64,000 bases of DNA from contig OX597829.1 in assembly GCA_951406725.2 (NCBI GenBank), forward strand, positions 19,778,001 through 19,842,000, given 5' to 3'. Under the pieces are notes generated by a model. The model searched no databases. It was not told where the DNA came from and was given only the letters and a program-made list of their open reading frames with translations. Origin of the DNA: Octopus vulgaris. Lineage: Eukaryota. Positions 38,498 to 50,919 of the stretch are shown here, piece by piece; the stretch's first letter is position 1, and each line of letters opens with the position of its first letter. The position numbers and the translations under genes were made by a program.

Positions 38498-39149
38498 ATA
38501 AATAAATGAAGAAAATATGAAATTTGTCAACCTTCGGACTCAAAAATCACTAATTATTTTGTAACACGTTTCGATTTCTGTGTATAATAATTCATGCGCA
38601 CATTTTACTAAATATAAAAATCAGTCTAAAATACACCAGAAACTGATAATATATAGGTTCAGCAATACAGATATACTTGAAGAAATTCAAAACTACTCAG
38701 ATGAAATAAACCAAAGCTTGTAAAATTTTATCAACTTTATTTTTAAAAAAATGACGGAGAAATAATAATTTATATATTAACACACATTCACACGTGTGTG
38801 TGTGCGCGTGAGTGCGTAAATAGGAATTTATAATTAAAATATACAGAAAAAACATACATATAACATGAGCACATCATAAGATTCAGCGAGTGCAAAAGAA
38901 AAACAATAATAGTAAGAGAAAAGGCAAAACAGCACTTCAATCCAAGAATTCTATAATAGGGTCGATGACGACGACGGCGAGTAACTTAATTAGAAGTGAA
39001 ATTTTCTGAATTTATTGTTAAATGTGAAGAGAGAAGAAAACCTAAACGGCAAGATTGGTTAATATCTCTCACAAAAAGCGCATTAAAACTAGTTGCAAAT
39101 TTATGTCATAACTAAACACTGGTAAAATTAACACGAAATAGAAACAAAC

Positions 39150-39188
39150 CTTGTCTTTATCCTGCTTTTTACTAAAGCAGCAACCCAT
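39150..39188 (-). CDS. LAMTOR1: LAMTOR1 exon 1 (start codon)
   Basis: ATG GGT TGC TGC encodes MGCCFSKKQDKDK, the myristoylation/palmitoylation signal of p18. GTTTGT donor. The six exons total 498 nt with a continuous frame. Confidence 0.92.
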
Positions 39189-39460
39189 ATCTTTTTAGTT
39201 GTTTGTTTTCTTTCCCTTCTCTGAATCAAGTTGATTTATTTTTCCTTCCTTTTTTATATTTTTTTTAATTCTGCGGGTTCGGAGATAGTTAAAAAAAAAA
39301 AAAGTCGGCTTCCTAAAAACGCACTTCGTAGAAGAGACGAAGAGACGAACGAAGTACGACAACTATCACATGATAATTACGGCAGATATTTCCTTCGAAA
39401 TGTAAAGATACGAAAAATTGAGACGACCAAAGAAAGATCTCTCAACTCAACTATTTCTTT
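39189..39460 (-). promoter_or_regulatory. LAMTOR1 5'UTR/promoter region with M-box-like E-box TCATGTGA (39366-39373)
   Basis: Locally CpG-enriched unique sequence directly upstream of the ATG. Contains the near-palindrome tatcacatgata. Confidence 0.5.
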
Positions 39461-39685
39461 TATATATATATATATTTCTGTATATGTATATTATAGAAAT
39501 TAAAAAAAAATATCGTAATTGCTATAACAAATGACAAAATAGAGGTAACTATAAATCTCGTCAAACGATGAAATTAAATCCAAGAAATCGGCGACAGAGG
39601 ATATATACGTAAATATATGTATGTATATATATACACACACATATGTATGTATGTATGCAAATATATGTATTTATATACACATATA

Positions 39686-39718
<33 letters not shown>

Positions 39719-40789
39719 ATCTTCTTAGTTTTCATCGAGTTAAACCATCGTTTCGTATTTTTTAAATGAATTATCTTCCTTTGTAGTTTCTAATTGAATG
39801 GGATTATCTCCCTTGATTTAAAATAAAATAATGAACTGACTGAATACAGTACTTCGGATATATATTTTTTTAGCGGCGGGACTTTTGGCATTCAACGATC
39901 TAAAATTTGTAGCTAATAAAAAAAAAAAAAGTGTCATTTAAATACAACGTACAGTAATTTTACTTCTTTGCCAGGTGTGCTTAATTATAGCTAATCTCGA
40001 GTTAATATCTGGTGACCAAGGAAATCCCGGCATACCTACACAAGTGTGCCCCATTGATTTCATTTCTTCATATCTTTCAGAAAAATGGGTATTTTTCATG
40101 GAATTTTCTACAGATGCCTTTCAGATGGTGTAGATTACAAGTATTTCGGAGTTTTCTATGAAAAATAGAAAAAAAAAGAAATTAATGGCGCGCACATATA
40201 CATATTGACACACATTACAATTTAAAAAAAAAAATTCAAGTTTCATTTTGTAATTATGCATGTGATCTACGTCAGTATGTATATGTGTGTGTGTGTGTGT
40301 GTGTGTGCACCCACCAATTTTTTCCATTAAATTCCTATGTAATAGTAAATAACATTATCTAAAAGGTATTTGTAGAAAAATTTCATTACAAAATGTACAT
40401 TTTTCTGGGAAGTTGTATAGCCATACCGAAAATTCCATATAGGCGCTCGGCTTGCTAGAAGGACATCTAAATCTTCCTTGAATCACATTCTTTCACCTTA
40501 TAAATAAAAGAAATGATACATTGAATGTAATCCTAGACATACAAGACAGGATGGCCATAGCTAGAACACTTTTGATTGTTAGACTGCTCAATTTGAATTA
40601 ACCAGGAGTTAAACAAGAACTGGTAATCTATGCAGTGAATGTTCCCTTTACTCAATCATCCCACTTAAAAACTCTTACAATTCTAAAATACTCTATTGCA
40701 GTCATTTCCCATAATTAATTTTAAAATACTTCTCAACCCTTCAAATTAGCACCACTACTCTCTTCTGTCTTATAATTCTCTGGTAATTT

Positions 40790-42350
40790 TTACTCAGAGT
40801 TTACCAGGTTAGCATTAGGCACTGTGATGGACCCTAACTTAGCTAACTTTTTGGTATGTCATGGTGAGGTGAGATTTTAACCCAATCTGCAGAACCTAAA
40901 AATAAGTTAGGTTATGTTGTTAACTAGTTAAATGGCACTTCTCTCACAAGAGATGAACTAATCTCCTTCAATTCTTATATTAACAATTTTTGTACTGTGT
41001 TGGAATTCATTTTTGAATATTCAACACTTCTTTCACTTTCTAGTCAGCTGTGTCAGTACCAATAATTTCCACCAGTCCATACCATAAGACTACTGATTCC
41101 CAGGCATAACTCAGCTTACCTTCTCCATCCACCACAACCAAATCTGCTATTTTTTTCTCCCAATTTTCCCATCTTCACTGACACATACATTGGCATACCA
41201 AATTCCTCCCTCTTTTACCTTCCACTGAGCCACTCTCACATTAAAATACACTTTCTTCTGTAACTTTGACATTCTACTTTCCAACCTCGTAACATCTGCA
41301 ATCTTTTCCCTGCTATCTATTCTTTCTAAGATTGAAACAGAAATTCTATGATATCTCAGCTAGAAATTTATAGCTGCTTTTCCCAGTCTCATCAAACCTG
41401 ATACTTTTGTAGCAAGACTCAAAACCAAGTCATAAAATTACAAAGTTTCTAGTCACAACACAGACTGATGATGTTCACGTGAGAGGTTGAGTTTTTGACC
41501 AATCAGCAACCAGACTTTATGTGATAGATTCTTCTAGACCCTTCTGGAACATCTTGGTGCAAGGGTCATATAAAGGCTTGTTTTTGTGCCAACTTTCAGA
41601 GTGATTGGTAACCTACAACCCTCCCACACATTCTCTTCCAATTTATAATAGTCATTTTCACAACTTTTTGCTAAGCTTGGATATGTCAGCATATTTGGCC
41701 AATACAAATCTGTGTATATTTTCTCTTGTCTTCACACTCTTCAATACAGAGATTTTGTAATCAACTATTTATGAACACTACTGAATTATTCCTTCAATTG
41801 TGTTGACTTGTGGTAGAACATTGTAATTAATAACTGACCTCAATATTACTCGTGCAGTGAAATAAAAGTTACTATTGCTTGGTGTTGTTATATTATCCAC
41901 ATGCAGCTTTACATGGATACCTACTAAGCAACATCTTCAAGTAGTCTCACCCTTGCCACACTTGTGCCTTCATTTCAAACACCACAACCATAAATGGCCT
42001 AAAATCTCAATACGTAATCCCTCAAAATTTTAGTTATATTTTTACCTACTTTTAACTGCTGTATTACATGTAAACTTTGCAGTCCATTGTACTGGTGAAA
42101 TGAGGCTGCATTTTGATCATTACTTTTGTGAATATCCTCCCAGTATTCTCCATCACATATAGGGAAGATCCATAGCCCAACATATCAATTTATCTGACCT
42201 TCCATTGGCAACTTTTGATATTTGAAGTTTCTGAACAGCTTGGTCTCCAAGATTTGCACAAAAGTAAAAGAGAGATATTTTTACAACTGTAGCCTCCATT
42301 TTTCACTTGCATCCAGTCTAGTACCTTCCCACTTGACACTACCTCTCCCA
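40790..42350 (+). pseudogene. Ancient Penelope-like element relic (RT and GIY-YIG traces)
   Basis: ALGTVMDPNLANF (GxAMG-like), YHKTTDS and CCITCKLCS-like segments, heavily frameshifted. Confidence 0.45.
41408..41901 (+). mobile_element. Possible solo LTR inserted in the PLE relic
   Basis: TG...CA ends with CCAAT, TATAAA and AATAAA in the expected order. No clean target-site duplication seen. Confidence 0.35.
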
Positions 42351-42429
42351 GAAGCCTTAACTCATTAGCATTCAGTTTACTCTGTCAAATGTAAAGCTTA
42401 TTTATTCACATTTATGATTAATTGAAAAC

Positions 42430-43035
42430 AACAACAACAACAACAACAATAATAATAATAATAATAATAATAATGATAATAAATGCCTTGATGCAGTACC
42501 AGGCAGTGGCTCTCATGGCTTCTGATCTTAACTGATTGGAAGTGTTATCATGTACATTTTTTTGTCTTGGTATAAAAGATGGGCTACAGCAAATCTGCTC
42601 AATACCACAGATTTGCTTGTCAGTTGTTTAACCTTAACCAGTTGAGTATGTCTCTTAGTGGCTGACGATATGTGCATCTCTGATCATGAGCAGAAGTAGT
42701 GGGGGAGCATCATAGCCATGTGATGAGAGGGATTCTTTGGGGTTTGAATAATTCACCTCTGGAAACATGGGTGGTTCTTTCAACATCCTTAAACAACCCT
42801 TATTCAGGGACCTTTTGAGCGGGATGGGCTACTCAACCTGAAGAAAATTCTAACTGGGCCCCACCTGCAAGGTCATGTGTTGTTTATCTTGACATGAGAT
42901 CACCATGTCGCGCACATATGGTTGTGATGCATGTGCCTGGTGTACCCTTATCAGACAGGTAGTCATGATGGGTATATTGGGCTTCGTATATTTTACCCCA
43001 GTGTCACTTTGATGGCATGAACTGCTCTCTCACTC
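42430..43035 (-). mobile_element. About 550-bp non-autonomous retroposon with (TTA)n/(TTG)n tail
   Basis: GC-richer block bounded on the left by a long (AAC)n(AAT)n tract. It interrupts a family-D MITE. Confidence 0.55.
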
Positions 43036-43036
43036 A

Positions 43037-43217
43037 ATAATGATGATAATGAAATTATTGTGCATACTGCTCAGGTGCACTACAACTCATCAAAGGTGCA
43101 TGTACAGTATGCAGAATTATGTTCTTGATTTTTGTACATAATTCTATGTACTGTATGTGCACCTTTGATCTGTTGTGGTGCACCTGAGCACTACACACTA
43201 TAATTTCATTATTATTA
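43037..43217. repeat. Palindrome built from two CR1-like 3' ends
   Basis: tgctcaggtgcactacaactcatcaaaggtgca... is mirrored by ...tgcacctttgatctgttgtggtgcacctgagca. The arm matches the CR1 tail at 46305-46345. Confidence 0.85.
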
Positions 43218-43591
43218 CCTCTGCCTTAGCAAAGGTGGAGGTAGTGTTTTCAGTCGTGTTTGTTTGTTTGTTTGTCCATGGATAAGATATCTCAAGAACT
43301 GCTTGATGGATTCAGATGAAACTTTCAGGGACCTTTGGCCTCATGACTGGCACGAACTGATTAGTTTTTGGGATCAATCCAGTACTGAATAAGAATTCTG
43401 GATTATTTTTCCAGTTTTTTTTTTGTTTTTTTAATTTTTGAGAGCAGTCGGTCTCATTTTTAGTATTCTCATTTGTGAGAGCAGTCGAGTTTATTTCAGA
43501 TATTCTCATTTTAAAATTCATCTCTGGTTAATTGTTGAGAGGACGTTGGTGTTGTCTTGGCAGAGGTTTGCACTCTCTGAGTGCTCTTGTT
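43214..43591 (+). mobile_element. Helentron-associated non-autonomous element (DINE-1/HINE-like)
   Basis: 5' acctctgcc..ggtggaggt hairpin, (GTTT)n microsatellite, 3' subterminal inverted copy ggcagaggt (43559-43567), then stem-loop gcactc-tct-gagtgc, ending in TT. Confidence 0.7.
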
Positions 43592-44263
43592 ATTATTATA
43601 TTGTTTTCAATTAATCATACATTATCTCATAGTTTTCAGATTTCAATGATGTGATTGCTTATTTTTAGAATGACAGGGTAATCGTAAGAGGCCAGATCAA
43701 GTTGGTTTGCACATAAAACAGGTAGAATATTTTGGCTGGATACAGCTGGTTTAAATGCTAAAAGCCTAGTGAAGTAAAGTAAAGAATTTTTTAAATGATT
43801 TACCACAATCAACATTTCCTGGCACCTCCTTTTTACCCTTCCTCCTTTATTTCCATCATGACAGTTACTACCCCTCTCCTCCCCCCACTGAACTTTACCA
43901 TTATTCTTACCATTATTCATTGACCTCTACTTACACACTCACAAAATTATATTCACTATTCCCACACATACATATACACTAAATTTGTCACTTGTACCTG
44001 TTGACTTCTAGCTAAATGACATTTTTTACCTGCTTTAGTCATTGGATATTTTATGCACTAATAGTCAAATAATCAAATTAGATAATCAAGAATTTTTCCT
44101 ACTTTTTGTTTGTTTAAAATTATAAAATTGTAGGTTATTGCTTTTTTGCCACTTAGAAATTTTAAATTTATTTTGAAACAAATGTTTTACACAAACAATT
44201 TTATTTTGAAATTAAACACCATACTTCAAGAAAGTATTAAGCGGGTTGCAAGCATCCTGTGGG

Positions 44264-44598
44264 CAGTGGCTGACTGAGTCTAAAAATATTGGTTGGCAGG
44301 AGACTAAAGAGACCCATCCACAACTACAAGGGGTCCCACCTGCAACTACAAGGAAGCCAACTTGCAACTATAGTGCTATCATTTAATTTTTTTTATTTTT
44401 AAAGTATTCTTTTGAACTGTCTACAAACACAACCAGGTTTAAATAATTAAGGCATTCTGCCAGGAATGAATAAAAAATTTTCAAACTTGAGGGGATGGGC
44501 CCCTTAGTTACTAACATGGGCTCCCCATATATGGATTCTAATGGCTAAGGGGCCCACTTGCTATCAGCCAAGTTGGCAACCTGGTCAGTCCACCACTG
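44264..44598. mobile_element. hAT-type MITE
   Basis: TIRs cagtggctgactg / cagtccaccactg with an exact 8-bp TSD CCTGTGGG (44256-44263 and 44599-44606). Confidence 0.88.
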
Positions 44599-46276
44599 CC
44601 TGTGGGTCTCAGGTTGGCCAGCCCTAGTCTAGACGTTGACCATGGAATAACTGGTCATGTCCTGGAGAATCTTTTGTGTGAGGTATGAGATAGGCATACA
44701 TGCTGCATATCTGAGCAATCCCAGTTGATGTTTGTAAAAAGTATTGGTTCAACAGGGATTTCTGTGTGTATCAGAAAGAAACACTTCTTGAGACAGTAAA
44801 TGCTAAAGGCTTACAGGTCTTAATGTGTTGACTGTACATGGTCCATGTCTTGTAGGAAAGTGGAAACTCTAACTGTCTGGTAGAGAAGGGTCTTGGCATG
44901 GAAGCTGAGGTAGTTGTTTACAAAATTTCTCTTTCTAAACTTTTGGAAAAAAATAGAGAATTCTGTTTGAAACAGTTTAGATTAGTAGTTCTTAACTATT
45001 TTTTTTTAACCTAAAGACCTCTTTGATTCTTATTTTACTTGAGTGAACTTCCATAGCAATTTGAAGTTTTAAAAAATCCAATTATATTTCTATAATTAAA
45101 TAAAGCGGTGAGCTGACAGAATTGTTAGCATGCCAGACAAAATGCTTAGCAGTATTTTGCCTGTTGCTACATTCTGAGTTCAAATTCCGCTGAAGTTGAC
45201 TTTGCATTTCATCTCTTTTGGGAATTGATAAATTATGTACCAGTGAAACACTGGGGGTGGATGTAATCGACTAGCCCTTGTGGCCAATAAATAAAGGATT
45301 TTTATAATTAAATATTATTAGGAGTTGCATAAAGAAAATTGTCAAAATATTTTGTGTTGTAGAAGTATATGCAATTTCATTGCATGTAAATTTTAACAAC
45401 TAAATGTCATATGAAACCCCAAGGGTCATGTGGACCCTAATTAAGAATCACTGCCTTAGAGTATAAGTATTTTAGAACATGTAATAACTAGTAATATGAC
45501 AGAGAAGGGTACATTAACCATTTGGCTAGTGTAATCACCTCAGTTAATTTATTTGTGAAATACTATTTTTAACAACAAAATCTTAAATGGATCCCAAGGG
45601 TCATATGGACCTGAGTAGAGAATCTCTGGTGTGGAGTCTCTTTGTTCAGTGTACAGTCACTGAACAAGTGTACAGATTGGAAGGGTGGAACTAGTTGTTA
45701 CTGTAGTAGTAAAAAGGTTAGAAAGGAAGGGCGATGCACTGTTCCATTGATGTACGATCTCAGTTTCCTGGATGTTAAATTGTTAAATGTTAGGCCAATT
45801 CTTTAACAAGCTGTAACAGCTGCTACACAACAACAGAAATAAAACTCAGCATAAAACAACCAAGCAATGAAATTAAAGAAAATAAACCACACACAAAAAA
45901 AACAAAAAACAACTTTGGTATCTAACTGCTAAACATTTATATCTACCAGAAACCATAAACTAGGCAGTGAAAAATGATGTACAAAGCAATTAGCATCATC
46001 CTGAACAACAATAACAGGCTGACCAGAGTGTCTCTATGTAATCACCTAACCCACAAAAATTTGCTACCACACCCTCCTCAAATGCAACATTACTATTTTA
46101 AAAGTGGTGAAATATACAGGATAATTATGGCTAGAAAGTTAGTTAACAAGGGTGAGTACTTTTGTTCCATGGTCCCTATTTTCCCAATCCTTATAGAAGA
46201 ACTTACATAAATAATTTAACAATTCTGAATGTAATGCACCAAATCTAACTTCTTTGAATGTAATTGCTCAAATGGT

Positions 46277-46814
46277 TAATAATAATAATAATAATAATAA
46301 TAACATTGTGTACAGTGCTCAGGTGCACTACAACTCATCTAAAGTGTATGTATAATCAGGTGTAGTTTCGGCGGATTTCGGAAAGCATGAGGGCCTTAAA
46401 GGATGCAGTGTCATGGCAGTCAACAACTGACGCAGGCAGTTTATTCCATGCTTCAGCAACTCTGAGCGTGAAAAAATGTTTCCGAAAGTCATGGGAGCTG
46501 TGTTGTTTTCTGACTTTGTAGGCATGTCCACGTGTGTTAGACACATGGAGATCAAAAAGGTGTTCAGTGTTGTTGTTGGTGAGGTGGTTGATAACTTTGT
46601 GGGTGTTTACCAAGTCCATCGCCAGACGCCAGAGCTTCAGTGAATCCATGCCCAGGGAAACAAGGCGTTCAGAATATGGTAGGTGTCTGATGGAGGGTAT
46701 GCGTTTGGTTGCGTGTCTCTGGACAGATTCCAGGAGGTCAATGTTCTGAGCAAGATAGGGGTTCCAAACTGATGATGCGAATTCCAAGTGTGGTCGTACC
46801 ATAGCTGTATACAT
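46277..46814 (-). mobile_element. 5'-truncated CR1-type LINE (ORF2 C-terminus intact) with (TTA)n tail
   Basis: ORF 46356-46814 has VRPHLEFASSVWNP, LESVQRHATK, TRGH and RKHFFTLRVAEAWNKLP, hallmarks of CR1/L2-group RT C-termini. Confidence 0.92.
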
Positions 46815-46834
46815 TTATACAGCTATGGTACTGC

Positions 46835-47850
46835 TAAACAAGCTTGTTAGAGACCTAGAAGACACAAACATTATTACAATTTCTATAGATGCTTCAAAAC
46901 AGAAAATATGTTAACGTTACACTTTACTGGTTGAGGGTACAAATAAAATTTTTTGATATGCACATTATCCTATTGACATGTCTAAGATCCTGGGAGTGCC
47001 TGAGTCTCAGTTATTGACAGTCACAGATTAGAAGGAAAAAATGTTGTTAGATTTTATGGTGACAACTGTAACAGAAATTTAGTTGGAGTATAATGAAAAG
47101 GCAAGAGCCTTTTATGTCATAAAAAAAAAAGAACAACAACTTTGAAATTATATTATTGGCATTGGTTTTGGTGCATACTTTGTGTATAACTGTCTCTAAA
47201 ACAGTTGTTGATACTAAAGCACTTATGAAAAATTTCAAACTTTTCACATATACACAGTTCATGTTACACAGATGAAGGAATTCTGTGACTTTGTCTGACA
47301 TGAATATGCAAAGCTGTAATAATATGGTAAAAACTCATTACTGTCTACGTTCTCAAGTGCAGAATAATGCATAAACAGTGTGAATAGGATATTATCCTAA
47401 TATTGCAGAAAAATTTGTCGGCGACCAGCCATCTCAGAGATGTGCGTTCAGGTCTCGTGGCTGACCACTGACAAATTTTTCTGCAATATAAGGGTAATAT
47501 CCTATTCATGCTGTTCGTTCATTATTCTGCACTTGAGAATAAATTATCTCCATATCTGTATAGTTCAATACATCTCAACACTTCCTACTGTTCATATTAA
47601 CTGCAATTAAAAGAATTCTTTTAATTTTTGTTGTCTTAAAATTTTACTTCTCTTTCCAAAAACGCCACTTTGAATTGATGTGATAATTTTTTGGAGGAAA
47701 AAGATCTTTGAGAACTGTATTTATGGTTTGTAAAAGGACAGCTCAGCGTATTCATCAAAGGAATTCCGACCATGGATTTCTGACAATGCCAATGCAGCAG
47801 ATTTAAAACTAGAAATGCAGAACCTGAATATTATATTTGATTATGAATTT
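46835..47850 (+). pseudogene. Degraded DNA-transposase relic, probably hAT-like
   Basis: Fragments ITISIDASK, FYGDNCN, IGIGFGAY and FHIYTVHVTQMKEFCDFV, interrupted by the hairpin at 47350-47539. Confidence 0.45.
47350..47539. repeat. Hairpin element, about 82-bp arms and 26-nt loop
   Basis: ttctcaagtgcagaataatg...ccagcca and tggctg...cattattctgcacttgagaa. Confidence 0.9.
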
Positions 47851-47879
47851 ATATCTCAATGTGCAAAGACCAAAGTAGT

Positions 47880-48687
47880 AAGGAAGATAAAAAGAAAAAC
47901 AAATTGATGGAAATGTTGAACTCAGTGAAAAAGTTTTTATGAAAGATGCTTTGCATTGGTCCCAGTTTCAAAGGGGGTGGGGATGGGTGTGGAGGAAGGT
48001 GAATTAAGAGAATTTTTTTAGAGTATAAAGGATAAAGAAAGATAAAAATAGATACTATTGAAAAGGTTGCAAGATGCAACGAAAATTTTAGGAAAATAAA
48101 ACAATAGAAAATAAGAAAAAAGTGGAAATTTTACCGGTGAGTGTGTTAAATAATAAGGCACAGAAAGAAAATGACTCCCCCCAGACACAACAGAATATGC
48201 TTCAACACACGAACTCATATAAAGAATCTTGCAAACCAAATCCAAAAACGAAAAAGAAATAAAGAGTTTTAGGGAGTATGGGGGTGATTAAAGACTGGTG
48301 GTTGTGAAGGTAAATGCAAGGGAATGAACGTCTGTGAGGGGAGGGTGAAGTTAGGGAATGACATGGGGGAGGTGATTATTGTTATTTGTATTTTGAGAAT
48401 AGGTTACATAATTTGTGGTGACATGTAAAAATTATGCTACCATGTTCATTCAGGCAATCAGTGGATTACATAATTGATCAGACTTAAGCTATGCAAAGAT
48501 CGCACTTGTTGTTATAGCCAGTATACAGTTTAGGATGGGTGACTATGGACCACTTTAATGTGGGAGAAATTAATTCATTATTAAGTTTATGTATAAGCTG
48601 AGATAAAGATGTACTGTTGGATTTTGTTTGGGACTTGAAACTGGTGTAGTGGTTGCTCACTCTGGCTTTGAAGGTGATGTAGCATGA

Positions 48688-48780
<93 letters not shown>

Positions 48781-50030
48781 GAGTTGGCAGCTGATACTGT
48801 ACATTTGTAAATGGTAATTTTAGTAAGATAGTGATTATCTGAAGGGCAGAAGGTTGGGCATCTGCAGCTGCATAGGATCACAGGGGGTGTTGTAGCTGAA
48901 TTGGTGGGGTGATTGTTATTTAGTGAAAGACCGCTGTTAGGTTCATTATCAGTGGTGTCATTAAAATTGGTATTTATTAGGGAGTTAAGGGAGACATCAG
49001 TAGGTTGTATATGATAGTTTTTATGTCCAATGTTACTGTCTATATCATTCTTTATTTCTATACGAGGTAAAGTTAGGTTGTGAGGTAGGCTTAAGGATTG
49101 GGTGTTAGTAATGGAATTATAGTTGGAGGTTTGAGGGTTAGTGTTGGTAAGGGGGTTTATTGGTGTTCTGGGTGGAGGTTTATATGTATGGAGCTAGGGG
49201 CCAGGGTAAGTTATGTTATTAGGGTGAGTGTTAGCTATTTGTGGGTTTCTAAGTTTCTTATTACTCTGGTAATGTTGGTGGTGGTGGTGGAGTAAGACAA
49301 TTTTATAGATTAGGGGTTAAAGATTTTTCTAAGGGGGCTGGATTTAGGGAAATGTTTTACAAGTAGGGAAAAGAAGAGTTTAGGTACTTGAGTTTGAACA
49401 TTAAGGGTAAAGTGGGATGGAACCAGATAACATCATGGGTTTTTGTTTGTTTACTCCAATTAAAGGGGTTATCAGAGTATGGATAAGGCTTTGGAGGTGC
49501 ATACTGCTGTTGATTTTGGTGGGTGATGACATATTTAGGATTTAGGACCATCTGGTGGGAGGATTGCTTATTAGGTCATCAGCTACTTTGAAATTTCGAA
49601 GATTAGTGGAGCAGTGAGAAATGGAAGATATTTTGTGCTCTATTTGTTGGAGGTGGGGCAGAACTGTTCTTGGTTCGGGTTAAGCGGAGGGAGGTTTATT
49701 CCACATGGGGATATATTCAATTGAATCTTTATAACCAGCACGTTATAGGGCACAATTATAGTATTCTGTATATTTCCTTATTTGTGGACAGTGAGGAAAT
49801 CTGGTAGGATATGCTCTCTATAATAGATTTTAGAATGGATGGGTGGTGGTTGAAGGGAAAGGTGATGTAATTGAGATTCATGCCAGGTTTGTCGTATGGG
49901 CAGAAATTTTGGTTTTGTAATTCTAGAGTGATGTCTAAGAAATTAGCAGCTTTAAGGTTGTTACAGGAGAATCTAAGGCTGATGTTTCTAAAAAAGTCTC
50001 TTATTCTTTTTCCACTCTGTTTCAAACTTA
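47880..50030 (-). mobile_element. Degraded Penelope-like element (RT C-terminus plus GIY-YIG endonuclease)
   Basis: NFLDITL and NHHPSI (RT), VIWFHP, CSC..CP, IYKCTV..YI(R)S, FKARVSNHYTSF, TSLS, LKWSI, CDLC, LN..CHH. Multiple stops. Confidence 0.8.
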
Positions 50031-50602
50031 CATTTATATATATATATATATAGTGATAAGAGTAAATAATTTCTATAAAGGCTTTTAAAAAAACCCCAAT
50101 TATTTACTGGTAGAATTCGGTATGTAAATATAGCCGATTACCGGCAGGAACTTCTGTAAAGTTCAGTATATATATTGTATATAAGAAGAAGGGACAGGCA
50201 AAACAGGTTGCTTGACCGCATACCGAAAAAATAGAAATAGCAGTCAAGAATGCTTATTTCTATCAAAGTTGGACTCCGGGCATGACAGACCCTGTAATTC
50301 ACATATACAGGGTCTGTATATGTGAATTATATATATATATATATATATATATATTCTTTTATTTTTTATTTGTTTCAGTCATTTGACTGCAGCCATGCTG
50401 GAGCACTGCCTTTAGGCAAACAAATCAACCCTAGGACTTATTCTTTGTAAGCCACGCAGTGGGACTGAACCCAGAACCATGTGGTTGGTAAGCAAGCTAC
50501 TTATCACACAGACACTCCATTTCTAATATAAGGATAAAATTTTTCAAAAACAATTATATTAGTGGCCAGCATATTAAAATACCTTTTAAGAGAAAAATTA
50601 TA

Positions 50603-50919
50603 AATAATTATAAATAAGAGCAAAAGAAAACAATTTTCTATGCCAATATGCTGAAAAATAGATTTTAGATTGTCTAACTACAAACAATATTTTTCACGAT
50701 AAATACACAGCTGATGAAGGAAAAATCCTTTTGGATTAATCCAGAAATTGGTCTGATTCAAGGATAACGGAATTTTAAACATTTCTGTTAGCTTGCTTTC
50801 CTCGTTTCAGCATGCTGTGTATTTAAAGCGAAAGATATTTTATGCAGTTAGACAATCTAAAGTCTATTTTTCAGCATATTGGCAAAGAAAATTTTTTTTG
50901 CCCTTATTTATAATTATAT
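50603..50919. repeat. Inverted repeat (about 105-bp arms) enclosing a hammerhead-like core
   Basis: Arms 50603-50711 and 50815-50919. The spacer begins CTGATGA (50711-50717) and has GAAAttggTC at 50744-50753. Confidence 0.8.

Noticed and set aside
39860-40100. Possible divergent gene sharing the LAMTOR1 promoter
   Set aside because: A GC-rich patch and an acceptor-like site exist, but no coherent downstream coding exons were found.
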